From: Chrysomallon squamiferum
Lineage: Eukaryota > Animalia > Mollusca
Direction of reading: 5' to 3'
Assembly (NCBI GenBank): GCA_012295275.1
Contig: CM022672.1
Location: 7,378,001-7,442,000 of the forward strand
DNA length: 64,000 bases
Part shown: piece by piece, positions 30,905 to 44,650 of the stretch
Position numbering within the stretch: position 1 is the stretch's first letter
How the letters are laid out: the number at the start of each line of letters is the position of its first letter
Notes under the pieces: generated by a model
The model's database searches: none
Told to the model about the DNA's origin: nothing
What the model saw: only the letters and a program-made list of their open reading frames with translations
Position numbers and translations under genes: made by a program

Positions 30905-31332
30905 ATATTGTTATTATTTTTATTACTGTTATTGTAATTGTAATTGTTGTTGTCGTTGCTGTTGTTGTTATCGTCGTCATTATTATTATTGTAATTGTTG
31001 CTGCTGGTACTGTTGGTGGTCTTGTTACAGTGGATATTTGTCTACTGTTATTGTTGTGGATGTTGTTGTTGCTGTTACAAGACAGAAAATTAACTTCTTA
31101 TTTTCAGTCGTTACAAATCTGGTATTAGTCTAAATTAGCTGTGTAGCACAGAACTGAAAACAAATCCATTCAATAACATCTGTATCGAATACTCAAGAAT
31201 GTAATAAAACTTAATCCTTTTATTATTGATAAACAAATTTCTTTGATTATATTATATATATATATATGTTTTTGTGTGGAAATAATATTTTATTCTTTTT
31301 TTATGGTATCAATGTATTTTCTGACACATACA

Positions 31333-31464
<132 letters not shown>

Positions 31465-32247
31465 ACAGGCATACATACATACTGAAATACTGAAACAAGT
31501 AAGTAGACCTACATATTATACATGTCAATGTACGTAATATATATTCACTAACCTGCCAGGCCATTCCTGTTGTAATTCGGTTCTTCCCTAAACAAATATC
31601 TAAACACGCCCCAGTTAATTGTGACTGGAGACACAATTCGATTGCTATAAAGCACTAACTGAATTTTATTGAACCTATTAAAAACTGTTAATATAATGAT
31701 GATGGAGGGCATTAAGGGAATTTCCCTGCAAACAATTATATCACGGTGTAATTATTGATTCCATGTGCGAGTGTTAACATGGATCAGTTTATAATCCTGT
31801 CAACCTGCCGAGCTGAATGCAGATGAATGGATGGAGCCAACAACTCAGGCGTGACACGTTCTCGGTTGAATTCTTCCAAGTGCAACTGTTAACTTTACTT
31901 CCTGTTTCAACCACTTGTCGTATAATAGATCCTATGCTCGGTTATTGTTGGTTTTGTTTTGTTTTTCTTTATATTATTTTTTTATTATTTTATTTTTATT
32001 TTATTTTTTATTTTTTATTTCATACTTATTTTTTATATTTGATTTTAGTTTGTTGGTGTTTTGTTTTGTTTGTTCTCACTGTGTGAAAGTGTTTAGAAAA
32101 GAATGAAATGCTATATTAATAAATAAAAAAAAGACAATCTAGTAGATATGGTCCTTAATTAATTCAGATTTTAGTTCATTCGGATGACAATAATGTAGCT
32201 AAAGATTAATTATCACAAACCGATTAACATTTGTTATAAAACATTGT

Positions 32248-32401
<154 letters not shown>

Positions 32402-32469
32402 AAGTCATACCACGTATGGTAATATATTCAGTAATAACTGAATGTTGTTGTTGATCATATTTTTTTCAT

Positions 32470-32503
<34 letters not shown>

Positions 32504-33307
32504 GCAAGGATTAGAATTTATGATTCAACAAGTAAAAGATGAAAACTGTTCTAACAATCAAGAGCATTGTTTTAAATATTTAATTAAAATTTGGTTTATT
32601 ATTAATAACAGTGATGTACTTTTTGGATTTTCTTCTTTTTTTTCTCTTATTTATTGTATTTTTATTTTATTTTATTTTATTTATTTGTTTATTTATTTGT
32701 TTGTTTATTTATTTGTCTGTTTGGTTTTGTTGTGTGTTTTTTTTAAATTTATTTAGTTGTGTGTTTATTGATTTATTCATTCATTTATTTATTTTGTTAC
32801 TTGTTTGATTAATGTTTCAATTTTATTTTATTAATCTTTTTACAGCAATGGATACGATAGGGTACATATATATATCTAAAAGATTAAAATTAAAACAACA
32901 CTAAACAGTACATCTACATTATATTTCTGCTATATTTACTGATCAGTTTCCAATATCTCTGAATAATTGAAGCGGTTATATATAAAAATGAATACATAAC
33001 CTTTGTCTTTTTTAGAACGCACTGTATAAAAAGCGCATGATATTCCCAAACTGAAACGAGGGAAAATCGCCTGGGAATGCAAACTGACATGATTTAATAA
33101 CAACAGATTATTAAATAAATATAAATTCTTTCCATTTTCGGTTTGTCATAATAAACGTGTTTCATACGTCGCGAGTGAATATCGGCGCTGTTTCTGCTTC
33201 ATGTCGTGTTTTTAGATTTCATTTAATGACGCTGAGTTAGAGAGAAACAACATTTAAAGGCTTTTTGGTGCAGTACATATTTAAAGTCGATCAAACCAGT
33301 CGAATGG

Positions 33308-33340
<33 letters not shown>

Positions 33341-33554
33341 TGTGCTAAAATGATAGACGGAGAGATAGAAAGATAGTTACAACAGAATAAAACAGAATCG
33401 AATTAATGAATGACTGGAAGATAATGAATAACAGGGAAAGAGACAGACAGATAAAGACTGAAGGAAATTAAAATAGTAATAATAATAATAAAACATGGAA
33501 AAATAGGCTTAGAGAGAGAGATGGGTGAATTAAAATGAAGATACACAATAATAC

Positions 33555-33669
<115 letters not shown>

Positions 33670-34944
33670 CTGACTCTCACATTTGAAATTATTAGCGGTT
33701 TATTCACGGACATTCTGCGACTGCGCTGTTCAGTAATTTGCGTTTGACTTACGGGAAACGTTCTGTCTCCAGGCATTTAATAGCTGGCTTAGCCGAATCT
33801 GCGAGATGAAATGTGTCAAACTAACGTCGTTAACAGAAAGGAAAACGCCTTATTTATTCTCACCACTTCAGCCTTAAATAAAATTACACAGACCGTGCAC
33901 TTCAGTTTAAAATTCTTTCTTCTAAACAATTTCAATATTTTTATCACAATTCATCAAAGTTATTCATCTATTTACCGATTCAAACCGATCAAAATTTCAG
34001 CTTTCCTTCTCCGTTTTATCATTTAATCTAATCTGCGAGCCACTTTTTACTGTTATGCTTCTGCCCTTGTAGATTCCTTCTGTCGTTTTTTTCAACAAAA
34101 CCTGTCAGCTATCTCTTACAAGATTGAATTAAATATCGCATCTTCACTCGCCCTATTACCAATATCCATAGTCATTGAGATGTGAAATGTACACTGGACA
34201 TGACGAAAGTCCCGTTGGTTGCCATGGTAATTTTTTAAATGACACATGAAAATGACACACTGATGCCAGTAAATCAAAAGTGAATTGAAAAATTTCTGCG
34301 ACGAGGCAGAATATTACAGAGTTATTTAATTAACACGGATGTAGAATCTGCATGCTCTCAAACGGATTGCGTGAAATATACTTTTTCATTATTATTATTA
34401 TTTTTTTTTTTTTTTTTTTTTTTCAAATATATATCTTTTGAAGAAATTAATCATTTAATCCATACATTTCAATGTTTTTCATCAAAGAAATGATTAAGTG
34501 TAATTATTTTATTATTTTGATAATGACAGCTGCTTCGTACACAGCTTTGAAGAAACTTTCACGCATTGATTTTATGATGATTATTTTCTAAAGTTAAAAC
34601 GTAATTACAGGCTCTAGTCGGAGTAAAAACGTAGAAGTTCACAGTTTCGCCAGACTGATAAAATCTTGTACGTCAGAGACTGGACGCACACCTGAGTAAA
34701 CACAAACAGTTAAACAGACAGAGATAGCCGGACGGACTGAGTGATGGATGTACAGACAAACAGACTGGATGGATGATGGATGATAAATGATGGAATAGCT
34801 GGGCATATGGGTTTATTTTTTCATACACCAGTCGATGAAAAAATGTATAAGTTGATGGATTGCTGAGAGACAGACAGACAGACAGACAAACAGACAGGCA
34901 GGAAGACAGGCAAAGAGAGACACAGACAAAAAACACAGACATAT

Positions 34945-35034
<90 letters not shown>

Positions 35035-35931
35035 CAATCAATTAAATACGTCTAAATATATCACCTGTCCTTCTAGATTACCTTTTATCTAGGTTCTCAC
35101 CAGACCTGAAAGAATTCATTTTTAAAAACAATTTCTCTCAGCCTCACCATTAACAACCAATTCATCATTTACAAAACATTTCACTGTTGAAGATTACCGC
35201 TAGCAAATAAACAAAAAATATTAAAATATCCTTACTTCAAAGTTATGTATATTTACACCAGCAGCCTCAAAATTTTACATCTGTTTTATATATACTCGTG
35301 ATAAATGGAAGTCTGAATAATAAAAATAATTTTTTGAATTTCTATTAGTACAGTGTTCTTTTTAATCTTGTTTGCAGTGTCACTAAGTGTATTTGTATTG
35401 GTGGGAGAAAATAATAATCCAAGTATTTTTGACTTCCTTTCAAATGATTGTTTTTGTATTAAAGAAAAAAAAAAAACATTTCTAATAATGAAGTTAAATT
35501 TTTTTTTTTTTTTTTTCCCCATAGTAAGTCTTGATATTTAGATAAAATCATTTTAAAATATTTAGAAATAAACATACACATATAGTACATTCTTATGGGA
35601 AAATGTGACTTCACGGATAAAGACTATCTGAAGGAAATAAAGAGGAAACCACTGACTGAATCACAATGTACCTGATACATTACTGTCCTACTTTGTTACT
35701 AGGAAAGATTCATCACAAGAGTAATAACATCAGTGTTCAAAGATTCGTTTGTAATAAAATTACATTGTGAGTTGTATAAAAAAAACTATGATGTCATATC
35801 AATATCAAACCACTGTTTTACTTCAAGTATCAAACCAAAGGTACTTGCAAACAAAGAACTAAATTTGGTTTCATTTATAAGATTAAATGTGATTTCAGAG
35901 ATAAACTAAGTGCTGTTTCAGAAACATTTAC

Positions 35932-36157
35932 GTATGTATGTATGTATGTATGTATGTATGTATGTATGTATGTGTGTGTGTGTATGTATGTATGTATGTA
36001 TGTATGTATGTATGTATGTATGTATGTATGTATGTTTGTATGTATATATGTATGTATGTTTGTGTGTATGTATGTATGAATGAATGTATGTATGTATGCA
36101 TGCATGTATGTTTGTACGTATGTTTGTATACATGTATGTGTTCGTTTGTGTGTGTGT

Positions 36158-36184
<27 letters not shown>
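35932..36184. repeat. (TATG)n/(TG)n compound microsatellite; related tetranucleotide tracts at ~23375-23660 (TAGA/TAGATA), 48046-48140 (ATTT), 48294-48340, 49785-49990
   Basis: Directly visible. Confidence 0.95.
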
Positions 36185-36189
<5 letters not shown>

Positions 36190-36550
36190 TGCGTGTTGCA
36201 TATATGTTTAAAATACTTCTATCTAAATATCACGAGGTTGCATGAACAAAAGAAAAGAAAAACAATGTTATTCTTCGTTATTAGTAATGATTTTTTCTTT
36301 AGTGATTAACGAGTCATAAGAAAGTAAGTGAAAAATGCTGAGACATTTTCTTACATTACAACTCTACTTACACGTCTGTAAAAAAGGGACATAAAGTGTA
36401 TGGTTTGAAGTATAAAACTAAAACATCGTTCCAAGTACCAAGCATGCGGTTTCTTGAAGAAAAAACTCCAACTAAATACGTTTTTCAAGTAGGAAAATAC
36501 AACGTGGTTCCAATTATTAACAAAAGGGCGGCTTCCTTCCTGTATAAAAA

Positions 36551-36667
36551 TATAATGTGGTTTCAGTAATAAAGTTATAATGTGGTTTCAGTAATAAAGT
36601 TATAATGTGGTTTCAGTAATAAAGTTATAAGGTGGTTTCAAATATAAAGCTACAGTATGGTTTCAGA
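36551..36667. repeat. 25-bp minisatellite (3 perfect plus 2 degenerate copies)
   Basis: TATAATGTGGTTTCAGTAATAAAGT repeated. Confidence 0.9.
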
Positions 36668-37044
36668 TTGAAATTAATGCAACTTTCTGTTTCGCCTCCC
36701 GCAGCATGGCGCTGTGTAATCAGCGGACTAGACACAGTTATTCATTTAACACTCACTAACACGGCCACTGATGTCAGCGCTAGTTAAAGTGAACTTAAAA
36801 TGGATTAGTTTCCTCATGTGGCGAAATCCCCGGAGACCCGATTCCTGGAAGTGTAGCAGAGTTCACGTAAAGAGCAGTTATTTATTTATTTATATTTCAC
36901 ACTCGTAATACGCTATCCTGTCAACCGTCAGACTGTCTTGGTGTATGTGCATATATGCATATGTGTTTGTAAATGTATGCATATACTCTACATACATACA
37001 TATTATACATACAGACAGACAGACAGACACGCATGCAAACATAT

Positions 37045-37075
<31 letters not shown>

Positions 37076-39479
37076 CACATACATACAATATAGACCAGTA
37101 TACATCATACGAATATTTATGTATACACATACACATACATACATACATGGATACATAACAGATAAGCAAGTATGCATGTGTATTGTTATACGAGTATCTG
37201 TGTTTGGTGTATATGTCTTTGTGCACGTGTACGTACGTACGTATGTGTGTGTGTGTATGACTACTGAATGTATGTATTTATAAATGCTTATCCCAACAAT
37301 AATATATGCGTACCTCAGTTACTGCCAACAACGAAAGAGAAATCAGATTTCATCTGAGTAAAATGTACAGTTAACAAAGATGTTGATTTCTCGTGAAACT
37401 GAAGTCTGTGGTGCGAAACATTTTCTTTGTGCTGTAAGTGTAGTCACCTATTGTTGACTTTCTGCCTGTCCGAACAACATGTTTACGAAATTATTGTTAT
37501 TACTTGACAATGGCCCACACACACGTGCACTCAATGGACACACTGGACAGTACAGCATATTGTATATTTATGTTAAACTGTATAGAAAATAAAATATAAA
37601 CATTCCCACAAAGGGTGAGAAAACCACAGAGAACACTGAATTATTGTATTGTACGTACTTAGTGTATTAGAAACGTGAGTAATGTAGACATTGTACATGT
37701 ATGTACTTGTGGTTGTTTATTGTATGTACACGTCTGTACCTATCTACATGTAGTAGTTACTCGATGTATGTATCAATAAATGAATATGTCTACGTTTAAA
37801 CGCCTTTACGTTATTTTATATATACATATGTATCTGTGTGTAATATTTATAGTAAATATACGTGTGTTTGCAATAGTATGTATGCAGCATGGATGAAGGT
37901 ACATACGAATGTATATAAGTATGCATGTATTTATATATAAGCGTATTTGAATTTTATAAACATTGTTTTAAGCATGCTAATTTCATATTTCAGTGTTCAG
38001 TCAGACCAGTAAATGTGAGATAAAGACTATCAACATTACGTTTTTGAGATGAAGTAATTGTACCTCGGTGCACAGACAGATAACTCAGCCAGGAATACAC
38101 TGAGAGAATACAAGAAATACGAGATTGGTTACACAACACCTGTTCCACTGAATAACATGCAGTGTTTTAAAGAGGAAACTGGAGATGGGTTACTCTTACT
38201 GAAAATAAATTTCCTGTTCTATCCACTTAAAGAATGAATGAGTGTAAATAAACAGTAATCTGTGAAATATTTGTTAAGAATAATATATATATATATATAT
38301 ATATTCTATTTTAACAATCTTTCGACACATTTGTCGTTGAAGAATAAAATTATGAATAAAGACCCTGGCAGGGCGTGCTAGATTATCTCTCCAGTTTTAA
38401 AAAGACTTAAATAAAAGAATAAATTGCAGTAAACAGTTATCTTGACTTAATAACTTAAACTGCACAGTATGTTAAAATTAACTACAAATCGCATGTGACA
38501 ACTGTTCAATTTAAAATCCTATTTCAGTTCTTTGTTGTTTGGGATCGCTTGCCTCGTTTGACTGGTTTTCACAAGACCAGGCTTTTTATTATTTGTGATT
38601 ACCCACTTTTGTTTAGTTATAAGTTTTACAGAGATAAAAGAAAGAAAAAAAAGATAAAAAAAAAAAAAAGGTATTGAGAGCTTATTTTGTTTTCTTAATA
38701 ATTTACACGTCAAATTACATGCGTCAGGAGAGATAATCGAAAAAAAAAAAAAAAAAGAAAAAAGTGAACTCGTCAACAAACTAAAGACGACATTAGCGGT
38801 CATTAAACTGTTTTTTAAAAGTAATAACGAGATTGTGAAGAAAATAGAAAAGATAGAGAATAAAAACGAAATGAATAAGATGATAAAAAAAATATACATA
38901 TATAAAAAAAAAATGGAAGAGGAAAATGATGGAGAATAATGAAGAAAAAACATAAAAACAAAAGGAAAAAATGACGGAAAACAATAAGGAGTAAATTGTT
39001 AAGAAAAGATGTTAGGTTAAAAAGAAGAAAATTCGGAAGGACAAAATAACAAATGAAGATTAACGAAGAATCTAAAGAAAGAAAGATGAAGAAGAAGTGA
39101 AGAAAATGAAAAATAATCTCATAACAAAATGAAGAAAACTAAGAATAAAGAAGAAATATCAAAAGATTGAAAAATAATTCTTAATTTTGATGGTGGATAT
39201 TATGATGAGAAAGATAATAAAACCCATAATAAAACAATGTAGCAACGGTTTTGTACGGTTAAAGTAAAAAACGGTAAGAAATGACAAAATAACTTTAAGA
39301 GGAAGAACACAAAGAACAAAAAATTATCAAAAAGTACAAATAAAGTGAGAATATTTATAACAAATTTCAAATTTAAAGATTAAAACTGAAAAGATTAAGT
39401 TTGGGATTTTTAGAGCGATATTGGAAACATTATTTATCAAAGAAAAATATTTTTAAAATATTAATTCAAAAATGTAATA

Positions 39480-39543
<64 letters not shown>

Positions 39544-39721
39544 CAGTCGGTCTTTATAACAGAATTTGATTGAAAAAAAAAAATGTATAATAAAAAACAT
39601 AGAAGAAACATAAGTAAATGTTTAATTGTACATATAACCTGCATTGTATGAAAATGAAAGAAAATGATAAACATTTTAATTCTGAATGTTTAGCATATGA
39701 TTTTAATGTTGCTGTTTCTTT

Positions 39722-39727
39722 TTTATT
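39722..39727 (-). terminator. Candidate polyadenylation signal (AATAAA) for the receptor transcript
   Basis: First canonical minus-strand AATAAA (plus-strand TTTATT) I found downstream of the stop, ~1.75 kb away. A variant ATTAAA lies closer, at 41281-41276. Confidence 0.25.
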
Positions 39728-39984
39728 CTTATTCTTTTTTTTTTTTTTGTCAAACAGCTTTCAGAATAGCGAAGTTGATAGGCTATCAAAGGTTATCAGG
39801 CGCAGAAAAAATAATTCAATTTAAGTAGAAGAAGAAAACATGTATACTGAACGTTAAGTGAAATAAAAACTTTTTAGCTTGTGCCAGCAATGCATGAACA
39901 CATACAAAGATAAAATAATGTAAGTGTTTAAGACCACTTTATAATAATTAAATAAGACATAACACAGGGTTTGAGATGCACGTG

Positions 39985-40780
39985 TATGTTTTACGATTGA
40001 TAATTTACGATGAAATGTACAAGAAAAAATAAGAAATAGAAAATATTTTACACTAAAACTTGAATTGTATTGAAATGTTTAAGAACAAATAAGAAATAGT
40101 AAATGTTTTACACTAAGTGGAACTTGTGTTGAAATTTATAAGAAGAAAATAAGATAACGTAAATGTTCCACATAATGCATAACTTGTACTTGTTTGAAAT
40201 GAGTAAGAGCAAAATACACATAGTAAATGTTTTGTACTGCAGATATCCTGAAATGGATTAAAATATTTAACTGAAAAAATGAGAAGTAGTAAATGTTTTA
40301 CGACTATTAATTCGTATTATGTTGAAAAGAAAAAAAAAAGAAAGTTATACAGGAGATGTTTTATATGTGTTGTTAACTTGTATCACTTTTAAAGAACAAA
40401 ATTATATTCAGTAAATGTTTCATACTGGATGTAACTTGAATTAGACTGAAATGTTTAAATCAGTTATAAAAAATATTCTCACTTAACGTTTAACTTGTTA
40501 TCAAATGTTTTAGTAACAAAATATGATAGAGAAAATGTTTTACATCAAGCGTTTGTTTGTATTATACTGAAATGTTCAAAAACAAAGTAAGATATAGTTA
40601 AAGTTAACATGACGGAAAATGTTAATGCAAAATATGATATAGTAAATGTTAACTTGTATTGTATAAGAACAAAATAAGTTATAGTAAATGTTTTATATGA
40701 CGTGTAACTTTTATCGTACCGAAATGTTTACCGTATTGAAATGCTTAAGTAACAAAATAAGATATAATAAATGTTTTAAA
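39985..40780. repeat. Old degenerate ~60-bp tandem array, ~12 units, downstream of the receptor stop
   Basis: Recurrent TGAAATGTTTAAGAACAAAATAAGATATAGTAAATGTTTTA...AACTTGTA, e.g. units near 40011, 40071 and 40130. Confidence 0.8.
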
Positions 40781-41469
40781 GGTATGAGAATACAATAAAT
40801 TATTATTAATGTTTTTCAATAATTTTATGGAGTTGAAATCTTTTATGGTCAAAACAAGACCCAATAATCTGAAATATAACTAACAGATGTACTTTGATAA
40901 AAACAATCAACCTTAAACTGTTATGATGTATTATATGAAAAAGTACTACGATAAAACTGAAATGTATACCATATATTGGCATTAGGTTTTGTTAGGTGAT
41001 TTTAAGACATTTCAGACTGTCGACGATGATTATACAGATATTTCTACTTATATTTAAACAAAGATATTAATTAAAACATATATTTTACGTTGAAGATGAC
41101 TTATTGTTAAATTTTTAAAATAAATTTCCTTTATCTACTGATAAAAAAAAAATAAAAATAAATAAATTAATTATTGAACCATTTTAGGTTAGTTTCGTAC
41201 ATAAATCACGTCAAAAATAACCAAATTCAGTCATGGAAGTGAAACAAAAAAAAATCATCATTCACGTTAATGAATTTTAATTTAAACCAGTGAACATAGT
41301 GAAAATAATCTGTGCTTCGCATTGTGACGTATTTACATATTTTTACATGTAGAGTATACAAACAAGTGCAGTTACAGTTAAAAAGAAAACGTAGCAGATA
41401 ACGTCGTAACTGTAAAGAAACAAACCGTAACAAAAACACTGAACCAAACAAAAACAACTACACTAAATA

Positions 41470-42633
41470 TCAGGAGTTAGAACATCTGCCCGAACTGGCG
41501 GACATACGGACATTACCAGAATCTCTGAGATCGGCGTAAGCCGTGTTGAGCGCCTGCGTAGAAGGGTCTGTTCTGTCACAGGGCATTTTTTGAATTTTTA
41601 ATATTTTCTTAAAAGCACTTCTGAAATCTCTGTTGAAATACGCATAGAGAATTGGGTTTAAACACGAGTTCATGTAGCCGATCCAGAAAAGCATGGGTCC
41701 TATAACAGGGGGATAGGGGCAGTAATCGCACATAGTCGTAATCACGTACCACAAGAAAAAGGGTAAAAAACACAACAAAAATGCGCCCATTATAATCCCC
41801 AGAGTTTTCGCTGCCTTGTGTTCTCGCTTCATCCGTTTTCGTTCAAACCGTTCCACTTCGCCTTCTCTAATTGCGCCGTTACTATGACGACTCTGACTCT
41901 GTGCATCGCTGTATCTCATATACATTGCTGACGACTGGATGAACTTTTCTTGCTTTCTTGCCTCAAGGAGGATTTTTGCATAAACGAAAACCATAATCGT
42001 GCCCGGAATCCAGAAAGAAACTGAGGACGAAACGCCAGCATATATCTTATTGACGATGAAAGTACACGTCTCCGGGTCCTGGTCCAAGGCCCGGTTGTTC
42101 TGCTGGGTTGTATAAAGTTGTGAATGCACAGGAATGTACGAAATAAGGATCGAGGCGACCCACGTACTTGTAATCATGAAGGCCACGCGTCCTCTGGTCA
42201 TTTTTAACTCGTACTGCAGAGGGTGCATGATGGCAATGTAGCGGTCCATGCTGATACAACAAAGATGCAGAATAGAAGCTGTGCTGAATAGGACGTCGTT
42301 GGCGTTGTAGACGTCACACATAATGCGACCGAAGACCCACTTACCACTGAGTTCGATGCTGGCGTTGAAAGGCATGACCAGCATGGCGACGAGGAGGTCG
42401 GCGAAGGCTAACGACACGATGAAGTAGTTGGTAATCACTCTGAGTCGCTCGAAACGTATGACACTGGTAATAACAAGCGCGTTGCCGAATATTGCACCAA
42501 TAATTATAGAAACAATAACTATTCCTTTACACACCGTAATGATAGTCGTAGTGGCATCCTCGCCAGCGAACCCTTCGTCGTCGTCGTCGTTGTACCAACT
42601 GTTTGTCGTGTTGTTCGGAAAGTATCCTTGCAT
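41470..42633 (-). CDS. Intronless class A (rhodopsin-like) biogenic amine GPCR, most likely a beta-adrenergic-like octopamine receptor (Octbeta-R / Aplysia Apoa1 type), 387 aa
   Basis: Seven hydrophobic segments with class A motifs: GN (TM1), SLAFADL (D2.50), C3.25 in IMCDV, amine-binding D3.32 in NANDVLFSTASILHLCCISMDRY, W4.50 (STWV), ECL2 Cys (ETCTF), TM5 serines SSSVSFWIP, REHKAAKTLGIIMG before TM6, CFLPFFLWY, FWIGYMNSCLNPILY (NPxxY) and helix 8 NRDFRSAFKKIL. N-glycosylation sequons NNT/NTT at the N-terminus; short ICL3. The ATG has A at -3 and an in-frame TAA 9 nt upstream; the stop is TGA at 41472-41470. GPCR call is near certain; subfamily assignment is from recalled family motifs, not a database search. 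Confidence 0.93.
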   Translation of the reverse strand: MQGYFPNNTTNSWYNDDDDEGFAGEDATTTIITVCKGIVIVSIIIGAIFGNALVITSVIRFERLRVITNYFIVSLAFADLLVAMLVMPFNASIELSGKWVFGRIMCDVYNANDVLFSTASILHLCCISMDRYIAIMHPLQYELKMTRGRVAFMITSTWVASILISYIPVHSQLYTTQQNNRALDQDPETCTFIVNKIYAGVSSSVSFWIPGTIMVFVYAKILLEARKQEKFIQSSAMYMRYSDAQSQSRHSNGAIREGEVERFERKRMKREHKAAKTLGIIMGAFLLCFLPFFLWYVITTMCDYCPYPPVIGPMLFWIGYMNSCLNPILYAYFNRDFRSAFKKILKIQKMPCDRTDPSTQALNTAYADLRDSGNVRMSASSGRCSNS

Positions 42634-42839
42634 TGTAGGTTAGCGGCAGCACTAGCCGACGTCTGCAGCGTTAGCAGACGCAAGCGTAGTTGGAGCAGAC
42701 GAAGTCCGCGACCACGGCAGACGTTGACGTTGTGAGAGCAGACGACTTGACTGGCGGGGGTCTGGCGATCACAGTATGAAGTAGTCCGGGAGAAAGGCAC
42801 TAAACACTGGTCAATTACAAACTGCTTGCTAAAGGACAT
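42519..42839 (-). other. Out-of-frame upstream ORF (106 aa) overlapping the receptor start codon
   Basis: ATG at 42839-42837 in a weak context (C at -3), 206 nt upstream of the main ATG, so in a different frame. It stays open across the main ATG and ends 115 nt inside the CDS. Function is inferred and depends on this region being in the mRNA. Confidence 0.35.
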
Positions 42840-43530
42840 TAGCCACGGGTTGCAGGTAATGAAACGTCAATCCTAATAAAGCGGACAGGAAATTCGGTAA
42901 TATTCCAATTTGACATCACTTGAATAGATTTGTCCCCTTAACAGAGCAACTTACAAAAGTAGTGTTTTGTACCCCGAGAACGAGTTAGCTCTCCTACCAA
43001 TAGCGTGCCAGTGTCCGACAGGCTCGTGGCAATTTGTTGGACGCTTCGCACAACTGGGCTGGACCAATACCATCGTGTCACACAGCGCTCCCGTATTACA
43101 TCGATATAAGAATCCCCTAGTAATCACTTTAGCTGCAATAACACTGTTTGTGGACGAGTTTCTTTAAAGCACGCTGCCTTCATAAACTGCGAACACGAGT
43201 AGCGGCGTGATGGATTTGTAGCAGACGAATCATGTCCAAAATCAGCAGCTAGTCGTCTGCTGCGAAACGGGTTGGCCGGCACGTTCTCGTGGAAAAACGC
43301 TATCGATCAAAACAGGCGAGAAAAGAATTCAGGACCAACACGCCAACAAAAGAGAGCCACGCTGTGAACCTACTGTCGTATTTAACAGACCATCACTACC
43401 CACAAATATCAATTATCGACAGTAAATGATATTATTGTAATTAAATGCACGTGCCACTGATATGACGGGCTCCTATCAACGAGCAGATGATTCGCATTGG
43501 TCACAATTAAATGGTCATGTGATCAGGTCT
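42634..43530 (-). promoter_or_regulatory. Putative 5' UTR and proximal promoter of the receptor (CpG-rich island)
   Basis: Clearly higher GC/CpG than the flanks and free of microsatellites. Minus-strand TATA-like TTAAATA near 43385-43379, E-box CACGTG at 43448-43453, half-CRE TGACG near 43463, CCAAT (plus-strand ATTGG) at 43496-43500. The TSS cannot be determined from sequence. Confidence 0.45.
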
Positions 43531-44040
43531 ATGAAAAATAGTTACTATTATGGGAGATTAACTGGTCAATCTGCGAGAAAGATACGCCCACTATTTTTAA
43601 CATTACGACTCTCTGGGTATATATAAGATAATAGATAGACAGATATACACAGGCACACACATACACACATATATATACACAAACATGCATATGTACATAC
43701 TGAAATGTTATAAATATACGCACAGGTACAGAAACATAAGTCTAATTTGACTTTAAATATTTATTACATCAACTAATATATAGTCATTACCGCTTTTATA
43801 GTCAAATTGTATTTTATATATATTACCGCACGTTACAGAAATTTTATAAATCTAATTGGTTCAGTTTTGTCTTCTTGTTTAAATTCTAACATTCTGATAG
43901 TTCGTTTTCTTGTTTTCTTCACCTTTTTCTGTCATGTCCTGATCTGATCTGTAATAAGCTATCACTTTAAGCTTGTAGTTGTTTTGTTTTTCTAACTGCT
44001 TTTCAATAACAGGCTGTCAAAAAAATAGAAAGGAAAAAAT

Positions 44041-44063
44041 CCACCCCTGTATTCTTTCTTCTT

Positions 44064-44142
<79 letters not shown>

Positions 44143-44650
44143 TCTGTTTTTTTTTCTCTTCTTTAGTGTTTGTTTCTTTTTATTGTTTTGTAAATCGTTT
44201 CGTCATGCTGTTCGTTTTTTTTTTTTTTTTTTTTTTTGTTCAGTTCTTATCCTTCTTCTTATTTTTTCTTCTTGTTCTTCTTATTTTTTCTTCTAATTTT
44301 TATCTTGTATTTTTCCAGTTTTTCTTCTTTTTTTTTATTTTTGACGTTTTTCACATCATATTATAATTTTTTATAAAACGAAATATTTTTACAGTTTTAG
44401 TAGACACATTTTATTATTATCGGCTAACACAGATGTTGTTGTTGTTGTATTTATTGTTATTATTTAATTCAGTGATCTCATAATGTAAAATAAGAAGACA
44501 TAAAGTGACGTCATATTTTATTGTTAAGGTTATTACTTTAACATTTATAATCATCATTACCAGCTTTAACTCGGATAATTTCATACTGTGATTTATACAA
44601 CCACCCCTGTATTCTTTCTTCTCTCTCTGCCCCTCTCTCTCTCTCTCTTT

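Noticed and set aside
38820-39400. Strongly A/G-skewed tract
   Set aside because: Low-complexity decayed (GAA/AAAT) sequence with no unit structure or coding signal.
42047-42643. Short alternative-frame and antisense ORFs inside the receptor CDS
   Set aside because: Expected shadows of a GC-richer coding region.
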